The notes under the pieces are model-generated. The model saw only the letters and a list, made by a program, of their open reading frames with translations, did no database searches and was not told where the DNA came from. The translations under genes were made by a program, and so were the position numbers. Shown here piece by piece: positions 12,738-26,110 of a DNA stretch of 64,000 nt. The stretch's first letter is position 1; each line of letters opens with the position of its first letter. The stretch covers positions 4,092,001 to 4,156,000 of the forward strand of contig JAYWIR010000012.1 of NCBI GenBank assembly GCA_036172245.1, written 5' to 3'. This DNA comes from Raillietiella orientalis. Its lineage: Eukaryota.

Positions 12738-15700
12738 TCAAGGGTACGAACGAGTCTGAGACAGAATTTCAATCGTTTTAAAGCAGTTTTGCAAAGCACT
12801 GTGATGGAAACAACTGGCAGCGCCGAGAAAAGAATTTTATCCTATTTTTTTATTGTCCTTGATAAAATTCTTTTATCAAGGACAATAACTAATTATCATT
12901 TGTACGTCACTATCAGAATGAGGCGGAGTAACGCTATGGCAGCATCCTTTTTACTTTTCACACATGACGGGAATGCATGCGTGAACAAAAAACCTTCCCA
13001 CCGAAGAATGTAAAAACCGGCGGGAAAATTATCTGAAATGAGTGCGATTCTTTCAAGACGCCGTTGCGAAATCTCTCTTAGAGAACGCCAAGCGAGTTCA
13101 ACATGCAATTTTTTTTTTTTTCTCGTGGCTGCAAGTATGCAAGCAACATAACTGATGGATGGCTATCATTCTGTTTTACGATCCCATGAATCGTAAACTA
13201 CGTTTTGTTCTTCTTCATGCAGAAACGCAGAAGCTGACAGTTTCACTATTCAAAAGTTTTACTCGGTAGAAGGGCAAAGAGATTCTTTGAACTGGTGAAC
13301 ACTATTTGCACGCTTCCCCTCAGAAGTTCTGTGGGTTAAAGGGAGTCTAGAAGAATGATTATCAATGCCTTGAGGAACCAACGTTATCTTTCGAGTGAAG
13401 AGGGAAAGCAACGAAAGATCCATTTTCCCCTGTCACAGCATCGGAATCATTGTGTCAACTCTCAAAGCCTCCGATTTCAACATCCCATTCAAAGATCTTC
13501 AAATCTAACATTGAAAGATTTGAAGGGATTAGTACGAACTGTTCAGTGTGAAGTGAGAATTGCTCTACCCATTTGAGAGCACGAGATGCAACGTTTCAAC
13601 TGCACAATGGCTGAACCGCTGAATATTTCATTTTATCTAACATTCGATCGAACCGGGAACGATAGTAGTGGGTGTCTGAGCATCCATTTAATGTGGAGAC
13701 CTATAGGCACGACGTCAGCTGTACAGGAAGAACGACAAATCCCACCTACGACTCATTCCCATCAATTTTCTTGACTATGCTCAAAGGAAGGAAGCTTCAG
13801 ACACGTTTTAAATCCTAATCATGAACAAGCTCTTTCTGTCGTTTCAAAATACTCCTGCACATCCTCCTTTTCCCCCAACACGCACACATATATACAGATT
13901 TCCATGCTGCTTTTGCTACCACGTTCTCGAAGGACTGTCTGATAAAAAATGGCTTATTTTAACGATGCACAAGAGGTGCGTAATACGTGCGTCGTCGATC
14001 GAAAGCTGGACGGGTATCCGTGTTGTAAGAAAAGGAAGCTCATACCATTCGATGCTTACGCAGAGATGAGTTGGATACGGTAGCTAACGGACCTTCTAAC
14101 ACAAGGAGAAAACACGAAGCAGCTGAGACTTTCTCCGCATCATGGGATTGCATCGAATACGTGGAACATGAAAAATTTCAGAAATTGGCACGAATTCATC
14201 TAAGATTCTTATAACCTATCTTTTATATCCAGCACCAACGATTCAATCAATAACGAAAAATTCATACCCTATGGGGCGTCATGAGTGGCTTCTTTGCGAA
14301 CTTGACCAATGCCTTCGCAACGCTACTATGACAACAGCTGTAAAACTTCTAGATCCATCATCGAGACAGCTAATTATATTGAAAAAATGCACAACATATA
14401 TCAAACAAATACGCAGTACGCTAACTGAAATAATCCCCATGAAAGTAACAAATTCCTCATCCTGAATTCCGGAGAAGCCACGAATTAAATGGAACTGATG
14501 CAGCTGAAAATCTTCGCCTTTTTCCCCTTTGGATTCGACAGGTTTTGCGCGCAATTCGAATGCTGGGCATAGGAATTCTTCCTTGCATCCACGATTCCTT
14601 TAGCCATCGTGTTTTGGCAACGATCTAATACTTATCTTCCCTATCACGATGTGTCGTTACTCTTTGAACCTTTGCGGGTTTCGCAGAAGATAGTTCTACC
14701 CCTCGTCAGGTAGGTTGGAAGACCTATAGCAAGAGTTGTAACTTGTACTTTGTTTACGGCAGCCGAACAGTGAAAATCACGGATTAATTCTTCTCTCTCT
14801 CGAGAGAGAGAGAGAAGTCGATGGGGTTCCGGTTCCGTATCCAGGGGTTTTCAAACCAAGGCAGTCAGATGACGGCTCCTGCTTGCGTGCCATTTAAACA
14901 AACTTTAAGGTGCGGGGCGCACGCCACGCATTGCCCCAAGCACCTGTGTTCTTCCTGTAGGAAAACCCTACGAGGAACGCCAGGCTCGTGTGGATGCTGG
15001 GCCTAACGCACTCAACGACAGGACTCGAGATAATACGTACTGAAATTACGTACAGGATCGCACGAACGCATTGAAACTCAATTGATTACGTCTGACCACT
15101 GTAAGAAAAGATGAATGCTGAGCAAAAGGAGCCCGGCTCTTCTTGCGGAAAGAGCAGCATCCTCTCTGCTCACGAATCCGCGAAGCATATGCACGATTTG
15201 AAACGCCTAACTTATTTACGGAGAACCCTGCGCAACAGAAATCCCCAGGCAAAACTCAGGCGTACAAAACGGAGAGGATACAACCAGTGACGAGCACAGT
15301 AAAACTCCTGCTTGTAATGAAAAAGAGAAAAAAGAAACACGCTGAGATTGAATTTTTATTAATTTCTCACGTTCTCTGGTCAATACTATACATTTACTGA
15401 TGGATTACGGCTGACCTCTTTCCTAGAAAGTCCCCTCTGAAAACTCTTCTTGGCTGGATCAACCCTGAGAGCGATTTCCACGTCGTTGAGTCGTTTCCCT
15501 AGCAAATTCCATGAGGGTGGTCCTATTTCGTGTGTACACATGCACTCGCAAGCAGAGCCTGTACGCAAAAGTCCAAAGCAAAGAGAACAGAAAGGAAAAA
15601 AAAATGCATTGCTCCACCGCCCTTAACTCTTTTTCCTTTAGGGACGTCTCCTTCCTCAGCCACCTTGGTCGCGCAGACGTTCTTCAAGGAAAGGTGCAAA

Positions 15701-17383
15701 GGGGAACGACTTCAAGTGCCCACAGATTACAGCTTCACGGAGACAGAAACCTGTGATCAAGCTATCTACAGAAAATCCCTGTGATGGTTGAGAGGCGGGA
15801 AAATGGAAAATTCCATCCAGGAACACGGGGGAGTCAACTGTTCCTTCCGAAATCCTGGACCAGCGCTTCGCAAAGGAGTGGACCAGCTGCGTGCTCTCCA
15901 GAAGTATGTCTATGTCTTGCGCAGCTGATATGATCGGCACTACCTCAGCATGCCGCGGCACGTGTTTGTCCCGTCGGAAATTTCGACATCATATGAGAAA
16001 TGAACTGCTCGAAATAGGGCGAAAAATGTCCTGGAGAAGTGGATCCCAAACAAGGAAAGACGTAGACACGCTGCAAGCACTCGAAAAGACACAGAAAATG
16101 GTGGATCCAGTTTCACCCGAGCAATACGCCAAACGTGCAGACCTTTGAACAGAATCTAAAGACCTCTGACTGCCAACGATGAAGCTGTCGGCGGTGGGTT
16201 TCGACTTCTCGAAGGATACAGGCTGAGAGTTTTTGCTACATTGGAACAAGGAGGAAACTCACAAAGGATGCAATCCTTTCAGACCAGCCATCAGCTGGTC
16301 AGAAATTTCCTTCCGGTTGGAAGTCGGTGATCAAGAGAACCTCCACATGGTTCCAACCCAAGGACGAGTCAAAGTTAAAAGACCTGAACTGACAAAATCA
16401 CGAAGGGACGCCTCTTATTGCATTTTCGAAAGGCAGTCAAGTGTTTTGTGTGTTTCTTTCAAGACAAGACACTTAGTAAAAATTTTTGAACTCTACTCAA
16501 ATACTGAATGAACTATCAATGGCATTATTACCAGGATTTGCACCCACAGCTGTTTAGGAACATACAGTGTGAGATTTAGTGTTCGCAAAATAACGGCAAC
16601 ACATGTCTGAATGTCGTATATTTGAACATTTTAAATTTTTTCAAAAACGAAAAAAAAAAAACAAGCAAAGTATTTCCAATATAACATGGGCTAAATGTGA
16701 AAAACAAAATGCAATTTAATGGCAACACTGCTCTCAGGACATTTGGAGTATACTGATTTCATACGAGAAGTACACATCTATTAATGAAGAGAAATGAAAT
16801 ACATTCCGAGTTAAGGACGGAACAACTCCTGATTCTTCAATCACACTCCCAACGGAAACACTTACTTTCAAAGTTACAGCTCAACACCATGCACTCGGTA
16901 TGCAGCAAACAACTGACACACTTTCGTCTCCGCGTTGTATCAGCTTCCCTGACGACGTAGCAAGACGTAATATGCTTCCTTCCCAGAGACGGATTGACGA
17001 GTAAAGACCGTGTTCCTCCGCCCTTGCAATGCTGCGTGGGGATGTGTGCACGCTGAACACTTCGAATCGGGGTCGTGAGAGTAACCCCACATGTGCTACC
17101 GTGCTGATCGCTTGCCTCTGCGTCCAGTTGTAATTCACTAATTTCGCATCGGATCTATGGTGTCGGTTCCCGGAACCCGGAACTTACTAAACCGCTCTGC
17201 AAAGCTGCTTTTGCGAGGCAGTGGGTAACAGAAGGAATAACAGGAATTAATAAAACGAATGAAAACTTTGAAAATGCATTCATCGGCAGTTTGGGCCACA
17301 CGTGTTCTCGTGTGTTCTTTCGGAAACACGAAAGTGCATAGAGAAAAATTCAAAAGAAAACACGAGAGCACGAACGAAAAAAA

Positions 17384-17407
17384 ATGATGATGATGATGAT
17401 GATGATG
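17384..17407. repeat. (ATG)8 microsatellite
   Basis: Direct reading of the sequence. Confidence 0.9.
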
Positions 17408-20039
17408 AATTCCAACATAGATGATTGATTTGAATGATTTGCTTCATTGGGTGCAAAACTGGTTGCACCACATAGAAACAGAAACAAAATAGTTGGAAAG
17501 AACATAGAAAACAAAGAAGCCTCGTAGAGAGGGAAAAAAGGGAAGGAAGAGGATCCGCTCTATCCCCTTTTAAAAGAAGGGATAGCTAAGCTTCTCTCTC
17601 CTTCCCCTCTCTGATCCCCTTTTTTCTCCTTTCTGGTAAGCATGGCAAGGAGTGCGAGTACAGGCAAGGAGCTGCGCAAGCAAATCCAAGAGTGAGCGCA
17701 TGGGAATGAATTTCACGGCACCGAGTTAGAAGACAGAACTCCGCCTAATCAGCTGAATTTCCTGCAAGCGGAAGACATTCTCGCTGTTGCAGTTCTCAAA
17801 AGAGAATAAAGGAGAGAAACGAGAACGAACAAATGACTCGGGCACCCTTTGACTTCCGTACGGCCCGGCCGGTGCGCTGTCGTGCCTTTTCGTCCTGTAC
17901 GCATCAGTCGCGTCGAAACCTCTGTCTGCATGGGACCAGTTGAGGAAGCTGTAGCCCCGAAGGAACTCACACTTGCCGGGTTGAACTCGCACTTCATAGC
18001 TGCGTTTGCTGGCGCGCGCGCGAATTACATCAGGGGCAACCTAGCGGTTTCTTGTCCATGTTAGCTCGTTTGGTTTCGAAGACGGAATGCGGATGGGCAA
18101 CACATGGCCACGATGTGACGTCTGTGCAGACCTTGGCCCTCCCCTTAGAAATTTTTAGGACCATGTCAAAGCCATGTTCGTTGCTCGAGCGGGCGCTTCG
18201 AGCCATCGAATCTCATCACGCTTCGAGCCATTTCAATTGCCGAAGAAATGTGACAAGGCTGCCGTGGCGTGAAGACAGCTCGAGAATCGAGACCGAAGAC
18301 ACTTTCTCTCAGGACTCCTCTTGCTCTTTCGGCGACCTTCCACAGGCTGCAGAAGGAATGCAACTGGTTGGGAGAAAAGAGAAAGAAGGAGGTTGAAGGC
18401 CGCACGCAGCAGATGTTTGGGAGCACTCGCGGAGTCGCTGGTAGAAAAGAACGCGGTAGAGGATGGAGAAAGGCGATCGCGAGTGTCCTCCGGTGGCATC
18501 TCGGACTGTGTGAACCGCATGATCTGGAGAAGAAGCTCCTCTTGAGTCTCTCTCTCGTCTCTTCCGTTCCATCCTCCTAACAATACCCCAGACTTCCCCG
18601 GGAAGATCCAGGAAATGCGGTTCCTCTTCTTGCTGCACTTTGCTCGAGCTCCCCTTGTCCTTCCGTGCGGAAGACACGGATCCACACTAGAGGCGGCGAG
18701 ATTGATGCCATCCGGGAGCGGACGCGAACCCTCAATCGAATCTTCCTCTTCGGGATCGCCGGCGCGGTTTCCTTTTCTTCCCGCGTACTCTCCAGGAACG
18801 TGCCTAGAGCGTGAGATGATGGAGCGGCAGAGAAGCCACTCCTGGGAGGAGAGGGAACGCGAGAAAGGAGGGAGGAAGACCCTTTTACCTCTCCGGGAAA
18901 AGGGATTGATGAGAAGGGACGCGACGCCACCTCCTCTCTCCTCAGCTTGAAGATCGGAGAATCAGCAGTGGGTGGTAGCAGCAGATCACCTGCCCGATGA
19001 ATGCGTAAGGTCCAACGCCCCCAAAGAGGATGCTCTTGATCAAGTGAGAAAACGCCCGAGAAAACGCCTGAGGACCCTGTTCCTAAGAAAGGCAGGTGAG
19101 ACCTTGGAAACATCGAGCTGCCTTCGCAGTGCCGTCTCGGTGCTTGCGGAGCAGCCCTTACCGTTGGAACATACCCCGCTCTCGTCCCCACCCCTTTCTC
19201 CCGGAAGATCGATGCTGCCAGCATTCACGCTCCAAAGGCGCTTCGTCACCACAGCAACAAAGCAGGGATGCAGTGGGGGAGATGGAGGCAGGCTGACGGG
19301 AAAAGTTAGCATGGAGGATCGTTACGCGCCCCGGGGAGTGGGGGAGCACTCCTTCTCCTCCGAAAAGAACCCAGGATCCCAAAGCGCTGCGTCCCTCTCG
19401 CTCAGCGTAGATAGGCGGAAAGGGGCCTGCCCCCTGACAGACAGGTGCGGAGACAGGACTGAAGAAGTGCCCCGATCCTCTGAGGAGGGCAACCGAAGGG
19501 TTCAGAAAAGCCAGTGGGAGACAACAAGGTCCTCAGGGAAAAGAGGAGGGGAAAGGGCAAAGTGAGATCGTTGAGAAGAGTGGTCTCCTAGAGAACAGCA
19601 GCTCTGGCGTCCATCACGAGGAGGCGATTCCTGCACCCATGGATCCGCTCCAGGAGTCACCGGTGGGAGGGTCTGCTGCAAGAGGTTCCGTGCACGGGGC
19701 ACTGGAGGAGCGAAACTCCCCACAGGGAACCTCCGGGGAAGCTGCAAAGCCGACCCGAAGGCAATTGCCTGTCACACCAAACTCGTCCTCTTCGCGACGA
19801 TGGCAGGAGATGAGACACAGTTGCCATTCTGCAACCCTTCAACCTCGTGCTCCTGCAGAAGATCCCAACAGATCACCATAGAACAAGCTCGAGAGATCGG
19901 AAGGATAGCGAGCGGTCAGCTCCTGTAGCGCTGCGGCTCCCGCTGGTCGTGCGGTGTCGCCTTCCTGCTCAAGCCTGCCCTGCAATGCGCGGTGCAAAGC
20001 GAACGTTTCGACGAGGTAGGTCGAGTCGGTCAAATCACC

Positions 20040-20600
20040 CCAAGTAGACCGACTCGATCGACCTCGTTGTTACGAACGTGTACGCACCGAGAGATGGCTG
20101 CGCGCGCACGGCACCGAGAGCATTGTTTCGTGCCCTGAAGAGCGACTGCCTGGCGGAGGAAGGCGTGCGCAAGGCGCATCTGATAACAGGAGATTTTGAC
20201 GTGTGTCTGCTGTCAGGTGCGGCGCAGAAAGAGGCCACCCGGTTAACGGGATGTGCGCTGTCATGCACGCATCCAACTTGTTGGAAGGGGAGCCTGGGTA
20301 CGAGGGGAGCATCTACCACGTCTTCCTCGACGAGCACCTGCGCTCCCACGTAGGGAGGCGAAAGTGCAGTCCACACTCACCGACCACTCGCGGGTGGAAC
20401 TTGAAATTTGTCCGAGCGACAGGGGACCCCCCCTCGCAGGCGTGGCGACTGCCAAGGGACTGGCTCAACATGCCAAGTGTAGCGGAACACCTCCGCGCAA
20501 GGCAGCTGCGTGCAGACACTCGACGACTGAGACGATTTGAAGGTCTCGGTCCGAGAGTCCTGCGAGCCTTTACCCCTAGACCGTCTCCCGAGAGGATTCG
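20040..20600 (+). mobile_element. decayed L1/Tx1-like ORF2 APE endonuclease domain
   Basis: Ordered motifs TNVYAP, LITGDFD(N), SIYHVFL (SRID position), LTDHSRV (SDH) and AWRL, spread across frameshifts. Confidence 0.75.
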
Positions 20601-20607
20601 GCGTTGC

Positions 20608-21260
20608 CACCCGGATACGCCGGGACGTTTATTAAAACTCGATCTTGGTCAACAGACTACGTGGTACGAGACCCCAGTAACGGCCACACAACACGGGACC
20701 TGCCAGGACGCCGGGACGCAGCCCGGCGTGGTACTCCTCGGCAGTGAAAGGGGATGGGGAAAAACAAAAATAAAAAATAAACAAACAAAAAGAAGTTGGA
20801 GGGCAGAAAAGGGATCACTGTTTACTGGGAGGAGGACCCATCCGCCGCAGGAAGCCCTCGAGGTCCATCCGAATATTTCCCAGATGGGGCCATCTGGCAG
20901 CTCTCCTCATGAAGCGTACTGCATGCTGGATGACGTCCCTCTCGTTCCATTCTTTCTCTCCGCTGTGGGCATTGCTTTTAGGCCGCCACGATGCCTCGGA
21001 CGCAGCAAAGTGCTGCGAGGGCTGTGGCTGGCTGTAGGGCGTCCCGCACGAAGAGGAGCCGAAGAACGTCTCTGGGCGCGCTGCCCATAGGGAGCCCGAG
21101 GGTCGTCCCAAACCGTTCCCAAAAGGATCGGAGGGCAGCACAATCCACAAGGAGGTGGGGGAGGGACTCCCGTTCCCCACACCTAACGCAATTGGATTCA
21201 CTGCTCCCCAGGTCCAGTGGTGTCGGCGGGCGTTGCAGGGTAGTCCCCAGTGCTGCAACA
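20608..21260 (-). mobile_element. 5'-truncated L1/Tx1-like LINE with complete 3' UTR
   Basis: LQHWGLPCNARRHHW, a CGxxESLxHLLVDC zinc-knuckle region and RWPHL, followed by a stop, the UTR hairpin and the AATAAA terminal motif at 20608-20633. Confidence 0.8.
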
Positions 21261-21269
21261 TTCGATTTT

Positions 21270-22085
21270 CACCCGGATTTCGCCAGGGCGTTTATTTAAA
21301 AATAAACTTTTACAAAGACGTGCAGTGGCTGGACCAAAGCTCCAGCTACGCACGAAGAAACACAGAGCCTGCCGTATCACCGGTTCGCAGACCGGTACGG
21401 TCCACCACGGCAGCAGGGGGAAGGGGGAAAACAAAAACTAAACAAAAAGAAAAGAAAAGGTGGGAGGGTATGGAAAGGGATCACTGTAGCTGGTGGGGCT
21501 GGTGCATCCTTCGCAAGATGCCGGCAAGTTCTTTCTTCATTCCTGGATCCAGGTGGGGCCATCGCGACGCCCTCCGCAAGAATTCGGCGGCGCCCTGGAT
21601 GGCATCCTTATCGTGTGGTCCTCCCGTAGCCGTGCTTCATGCGGAGACGATCCCGCGAAGGCAGCACAGGGCTGCTAACGAGGCCGCTGACCGAAGGGTT
21701 TCGGCAACTAAGAGGGCTTTCAATGAGTCCCTGGGGTTGCCGCAGGGGATACCGATGGCCGCGGCAAAGCGGAACCAAAGGGGCCGAAGGGCAACACAAT
21801 CCACAAGTAGGTGGAGGAGGGACTCCTGTTCCCCACACCTAACCCAATTGGGGTCGACCGCTCCCCAGGTCCAGTGGTGTCGGCGGGCGTTTCAGGGGAG
21901 TCCCCAGTGCTGCAACAGTAGAGCCGACTCCTGCCATTTTAAGGGGAGGGTGGAAGTGTTCATGAGCACCGGGGGCCACTTCAGATGTTCAATGGGAACA
22001 TCGAGCAGCGCGCCCCAGCGCAGAAGTCCATTGGGAGGCGTACTCGGGGTCGCAGCGTCTGTTAACTGGCCCGTCTTCCACTCTC
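21270..22085 (-). mobile_element. 5'-truncated L1/Tx1-like LINE with complete 3' UTR
   Basis: LPLKWQESALLLQHWGLP...RCGEQESLLHLLVDCVALRPLW (zf-RVT-like C-terminus of L1-clade ORF2) and RWPHLDPGMKKELAGI, with the terminal motif at 21270-21296. Confidence 0.82.
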
Positions 22086-22589
22086 CTATCTTCTTTTCCT
22101 TTCCGGAGACGGTTGCTTTAACCTCCCACTTCGCCGCAACATAGCTGTCCTGATCTTCCATTAGGGAGGCCAGCGCAGCAGCGAGGGGGGTTCTTCCTGA
22201 CCACGCTCTCTTCTTTGGATCCTCCAGGGTCTCTCGGAGCGGGCAACTTCTGTAGCACCCAAACAGGAACCGTCGTTCCTGTTGGGCGCGTTGCATGCCG
22301 TACTGTCCCCAATGCGGACGATCTTTTGCTGCTGCTTTTCATGTCCACTCCGGCGTCGGCACTTTAATTTTTCTACTAGCTGCTAAGCCATGGGACAGAA
22401 ATCGAGGCGAACAGGACTAAGTCGTCCGTGGCAGTATTCGGATCAGCATGGGCAGGACAGCAGGACTAGGTCCGCTTGGGGATCCTCACGGTACGGTACT
22501 TTAATTACCTCGATGTACGTTGAGGAATTATTCTCTGGCGGAGGCGTAGTTCAGCTGCCTCCAGAAAGCAGAGTCGGCGATCGGCCCGT

Positions 22590-22880
22590 TCCGTGATGGC
22601 AAGTTTTTCTTGCTGGAACGGGCCCGCGGTGTGGAATCCGTTTGTGTCCCCCCTCCTCCGTCCCCTGCTTTTTGTTTGCCCCCCACCGAGTAGCATTAAA
22701 AGGCAAACGAATGACCTCCTGAGAATCGCCTTGTGGGGCACAGGGAGGCCCCGAGTCCGCCTGAAGGTATTCGCTCCGCATCGCGACGGAGGTCTCGGCC
22801 CCCTGACTCTGGAGCGCCTGGTGCGGCAGCTCCAGTGGAGGACGCTTGCCTTAGTGGAGCACAAATGGACGATCACAGGG
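22590..22880 (+). mobile_element. L1/Tx1-like ORF2 post-RT fragment
   Basis: IALWGTGRPRVRLKVFAPHRDGGLG matches the FIW..K.PR....L..P...GGLG motif of the L1 clade. Confidence 0.75.
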
Positions 22881-22944
22881 ATATGATGAAGCGCATCTTT
22901 CGTCTACCGCATCTCCAGTAGCTCTTTTCTGCTGCCTACGCGGG

Positions 22945-23326
22945 ATTGTGGCGGCCTAGAGCCACGCGAAAGGAGGACGGCATGATGGGGACGCCATCTG
23001 TTTCGCACGGTGCTTCCTGTGGATGGCAGCAAGATGGCCCCACCTGGAGCATACTTGGATGGAAACTGACGGCATCCTGTAAAGGATGCAAAGGACGTCC
23101 TCTGTCTCCCGGTGATCTCTTCCTTAACCGTCCCATTTTTTTTCTATATATTTTTTGTTTTATCTTTATTTTTATTCGCCTCCTCCCCCTCCGCTGCCGA
23201 GGTGAATCTCGCCTGCTTGAGTGTCGGTTAGTCGGTAGGTTCCGAGCATTTTCGGACAATGTAGAACCAATGACCCTACACATGTATGTTAATTTTTCAT
23301 AATAAACGTTTCGGCGTGACCGGGTG
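22945..23326 (+). mobile_element. short 3' end of the L1/Tx1-like LINE
   Basis: AGATGGCCCCACCTGG (RWPHL), a T-rich UTR, the CTGCCGA..TCGGTAG stem and the terminal motif AATAAACGTTTCGGCGTGACCGGGTG. Confidence 0.75.
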
Positions 23327-25199
23327 ATAAACAGAGAGTGTCCTACGTCCTCTTTTCCGGGCTCCCCGGAATCCCTCCACCGCCGATACCGGAGGATATC
23401 GTCGCGTCTTGCAGGCGCCAACAACTACCCCGAGGCCCGTGACCATCAGGAGGAGGAGGTCCTCCTCATGTTTGCCTGATTCTTCTTTGACCGCCCAAGA
23501 GGAACTACTAGTCTTCGCAGGGAGGTGGCCTGAGGAGTGGATGGGAGTCGGGTCTCTTCGAACGGTCAGGAGTTTCTCCGGGAGTCTGTTTCCCTCCACG
23601 GGCGTCGGTGATCCGGAAATCTTTCCTCAGAGATCCATGTGCTGGAACTCGGAGTTTGTTTTCCTCTTTTCCCTTCCTTCTCTCCCTTTTCCATGGACTC
23701 TTATCCTTTCTTTCTCCTCTTTCCTCTCCTCCCCGTACCCTCTTCCCAAAACTCTGCCACAGTGCAGGCCGAAGCGGCGCTGCTTTGAGCTCAAGGTCCC
23801 TGCTGGCAGCCGTGCTGCGCTCCCTCTGGTCGGCATCCCTCAGCTCCATCTGATACTCTGCATCGTCACTTTCTTCGCGTCTTTCTGGGTTTTCTATTAG
23901 ATCTCCTCCTTCCTCTCTCTTCCCTCACCTCGTCTCTGGCCGGAAACATATAGTATTGGGAGAGGCAGGGATGTAAGACAGGTCTGAGGAGCGTTTTCTC
24001 TACCGGCATTTTCCCCTCCTCCTCTTCTTTCTTTCTCCCTTCTTCCTCTTCTCATCCTCATTCCTTCCTCTTCTTCCCTCTCTCTTCCTCTTCCTTCCTA
24101 TTCTCCCACATAGTGATCGTCATCATGCACTCTGAGATCTCAGTGTGCCTGTTTCCTTTTTTCTTCTTTCGTATGCCAGGAGGGTACCAGGAGTCTTTAC
24201 CCTTGCTCTTTCCCAGGCAAGATAAAGACGAATCGTCGGGATGCTTCGCGTCCATCTCCGTACTTTTCTTCACCTCACCCCTTCCTCTCCCTTCCTAGAA
24301 GCTCCTCTGAACCACTCCCACCTTGAGTCCCAACAGTCCTTCGGTTGTGCCGAGGAGCTGTAACAGAAGGCTCGTCGCCACGGTGCACAATCCTTCCTCC
24401 CGCCTCTTCCCTCGTCTCTCTCCTGCAACTCCGAACCTCCCTATCAGGAATGTCGTTCACTCCTCCTTCCAGCCCTTTCTCCGCTCCCCGCATCGCAGGA
24501 GGAAGAAAGGATGTACCGCGGAAGAGAGGGACGTGGAAAAAGTCAGGAGCCAGCGAAGAAAAGCCCGAGGGAACGGCCTGGAGCACTCCGGTCATCAGCT
24601 GCTGCAACTTTCGGGAGCGCCCGCCCTCGTGGGCTCTCCCGGAAGGTCGCTCAGCCTAGCTCTGAGTGCTCACCCCCGACTTCTTCCCTCCCTTTTGACT
24701 GAACTCCCATCTAGGGGAGAAGAGGAGGGATTCCTGCTCTGCTTCCGGCATCCCGGAAATCCCGGAGCGCCATCAACCTTGCCGGGGTTACAGCGAGATG
24801 GCTTCCTCTGTCCCTCACTCCTTTGCGGTGTCTCTAAGACCCTCTCTATGAGCCGTGGAGATGCCGGGAAGACGCTTGCGGAACGCTCGTAGTCAGGGGA
24901 ACGGTAAGGCTGCTTCCAGATGCTTCCAGTGGTAGCAGGATCGTAGGAAAGTGGATCAGAAATTTCGGGAGGGCATCCTTGCAGTTCTCGGTCTTGGAGA
25001 GGGGACGACTCAACCCTCACGAGGTGAACTGCCCCTCCATGGAGTAGAGACGTTGAAATCCTGGCTCTTGACACGGACGTGGAGAGTCCTACACGGACCA
25101 GGCCGTCTCCTCCTCCAGCATGAGGGGAGAAGGGCAGAACAGAGCACCCTCATCCACCCTTGCGACCCATGTGAAGGCACTCTGGGTCACGCGCTTTCA

Positions 25200-26110
25200 T
25201 CCTCTCCGCCTCGCGGCTATTCCAGAGGTCGCAGAGAGGGACAGACGCGATGGGGTCCATGCCATAATTGCCAGTGGTCGAGCGCTCTTTCGGGCCGAGT
25301 AGTGCCGGGATGGTCACTTTGAGCTGAGCAGCCAAGTGGACAGACCAAGGAACAAGGAAGCTTCCCTTCCACATTCCTCTCTATCGGTGAGGACAGACGC
25401 CCCACACGCCCCAGAAATCGGAAAGGGAAGAGGGAGAGGTCGTGACAAGGGTAGTCGGTTCCTTACCCACTGCCGTCGCCCCCCTGCAGGGAACTTCCGG
25501 GGAAAACAGGAGAGAGGGACTCATCTCCCTCAAGCCAGGGGGATCGGCGCCGTTTCTCGGAGTTTTTCTCACCGTTTTTTCGGCGTTTTTCTCGCCGTTT
25601 CTCCTTTCTGAGACCCGTTTCTCGGGTCTCAGAAAGAAAAGCCGAGGGAACGTCAGGATTGGGGGGAGCATTACCATTACCCTGTGAGCTGGAGAAGCTC
25701 CTTCCCGGCTTCTGGCAGCACCCTGCACCCTGCTGGCTCCTGGGTGGGGAAAGAACCTGGGGAAGGCGTGCCCTTCTTCTCCAGAGTCAGTCCCTACTCA
25801 AAGTCCCCATTTTCCAGAGCCGACGATGCCCAGTAGGGGAGGAGATCGCAAGCCCTCGGTCCTGGAGTCCGCTCGTGTCGGCGTCAGCCTCCTTGGAAGG
25901 GAACGGGAGCTCCGCCCACTGGAAACGAGGGAGGAGCGAAGCGCCTCCGCGCAGGCTAAGTCTTGTTGAGGAGAGGAAGGGGGGGAACCGGAAGTCTTGC
26001 TGGCGCAGGGCTGGTGGCGGCATCCCGAGGAAACACCCCCCGGTGGCTGTGCCCAGAAGCACGGAGTCAACCTGAAGTTTCCCTTTCTTCCCTCCTGGTT
26101 CCAGTTACGA
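25200..26110 (-). mobile_element. heavily decayed LINE ORF2 pieces (EN start and RT-like motifs)
   Basis: NWNQEG near 26100, GLREM/PLSPVF near 25520 and SDHP near 25315. The motif order is scrambled, so these are probably several fragments. Confidence 0.4.

Noticed and set aside
14790..14815. (CT)n/(GA)n palindrome
   Set aside because: An inverted microsatellite with no other support.
15650..16400. Coding-like stretch between PC and the GC block
   Set aside because: No recognisable motif or consistent splice pattern. Possibly an old TE relic.
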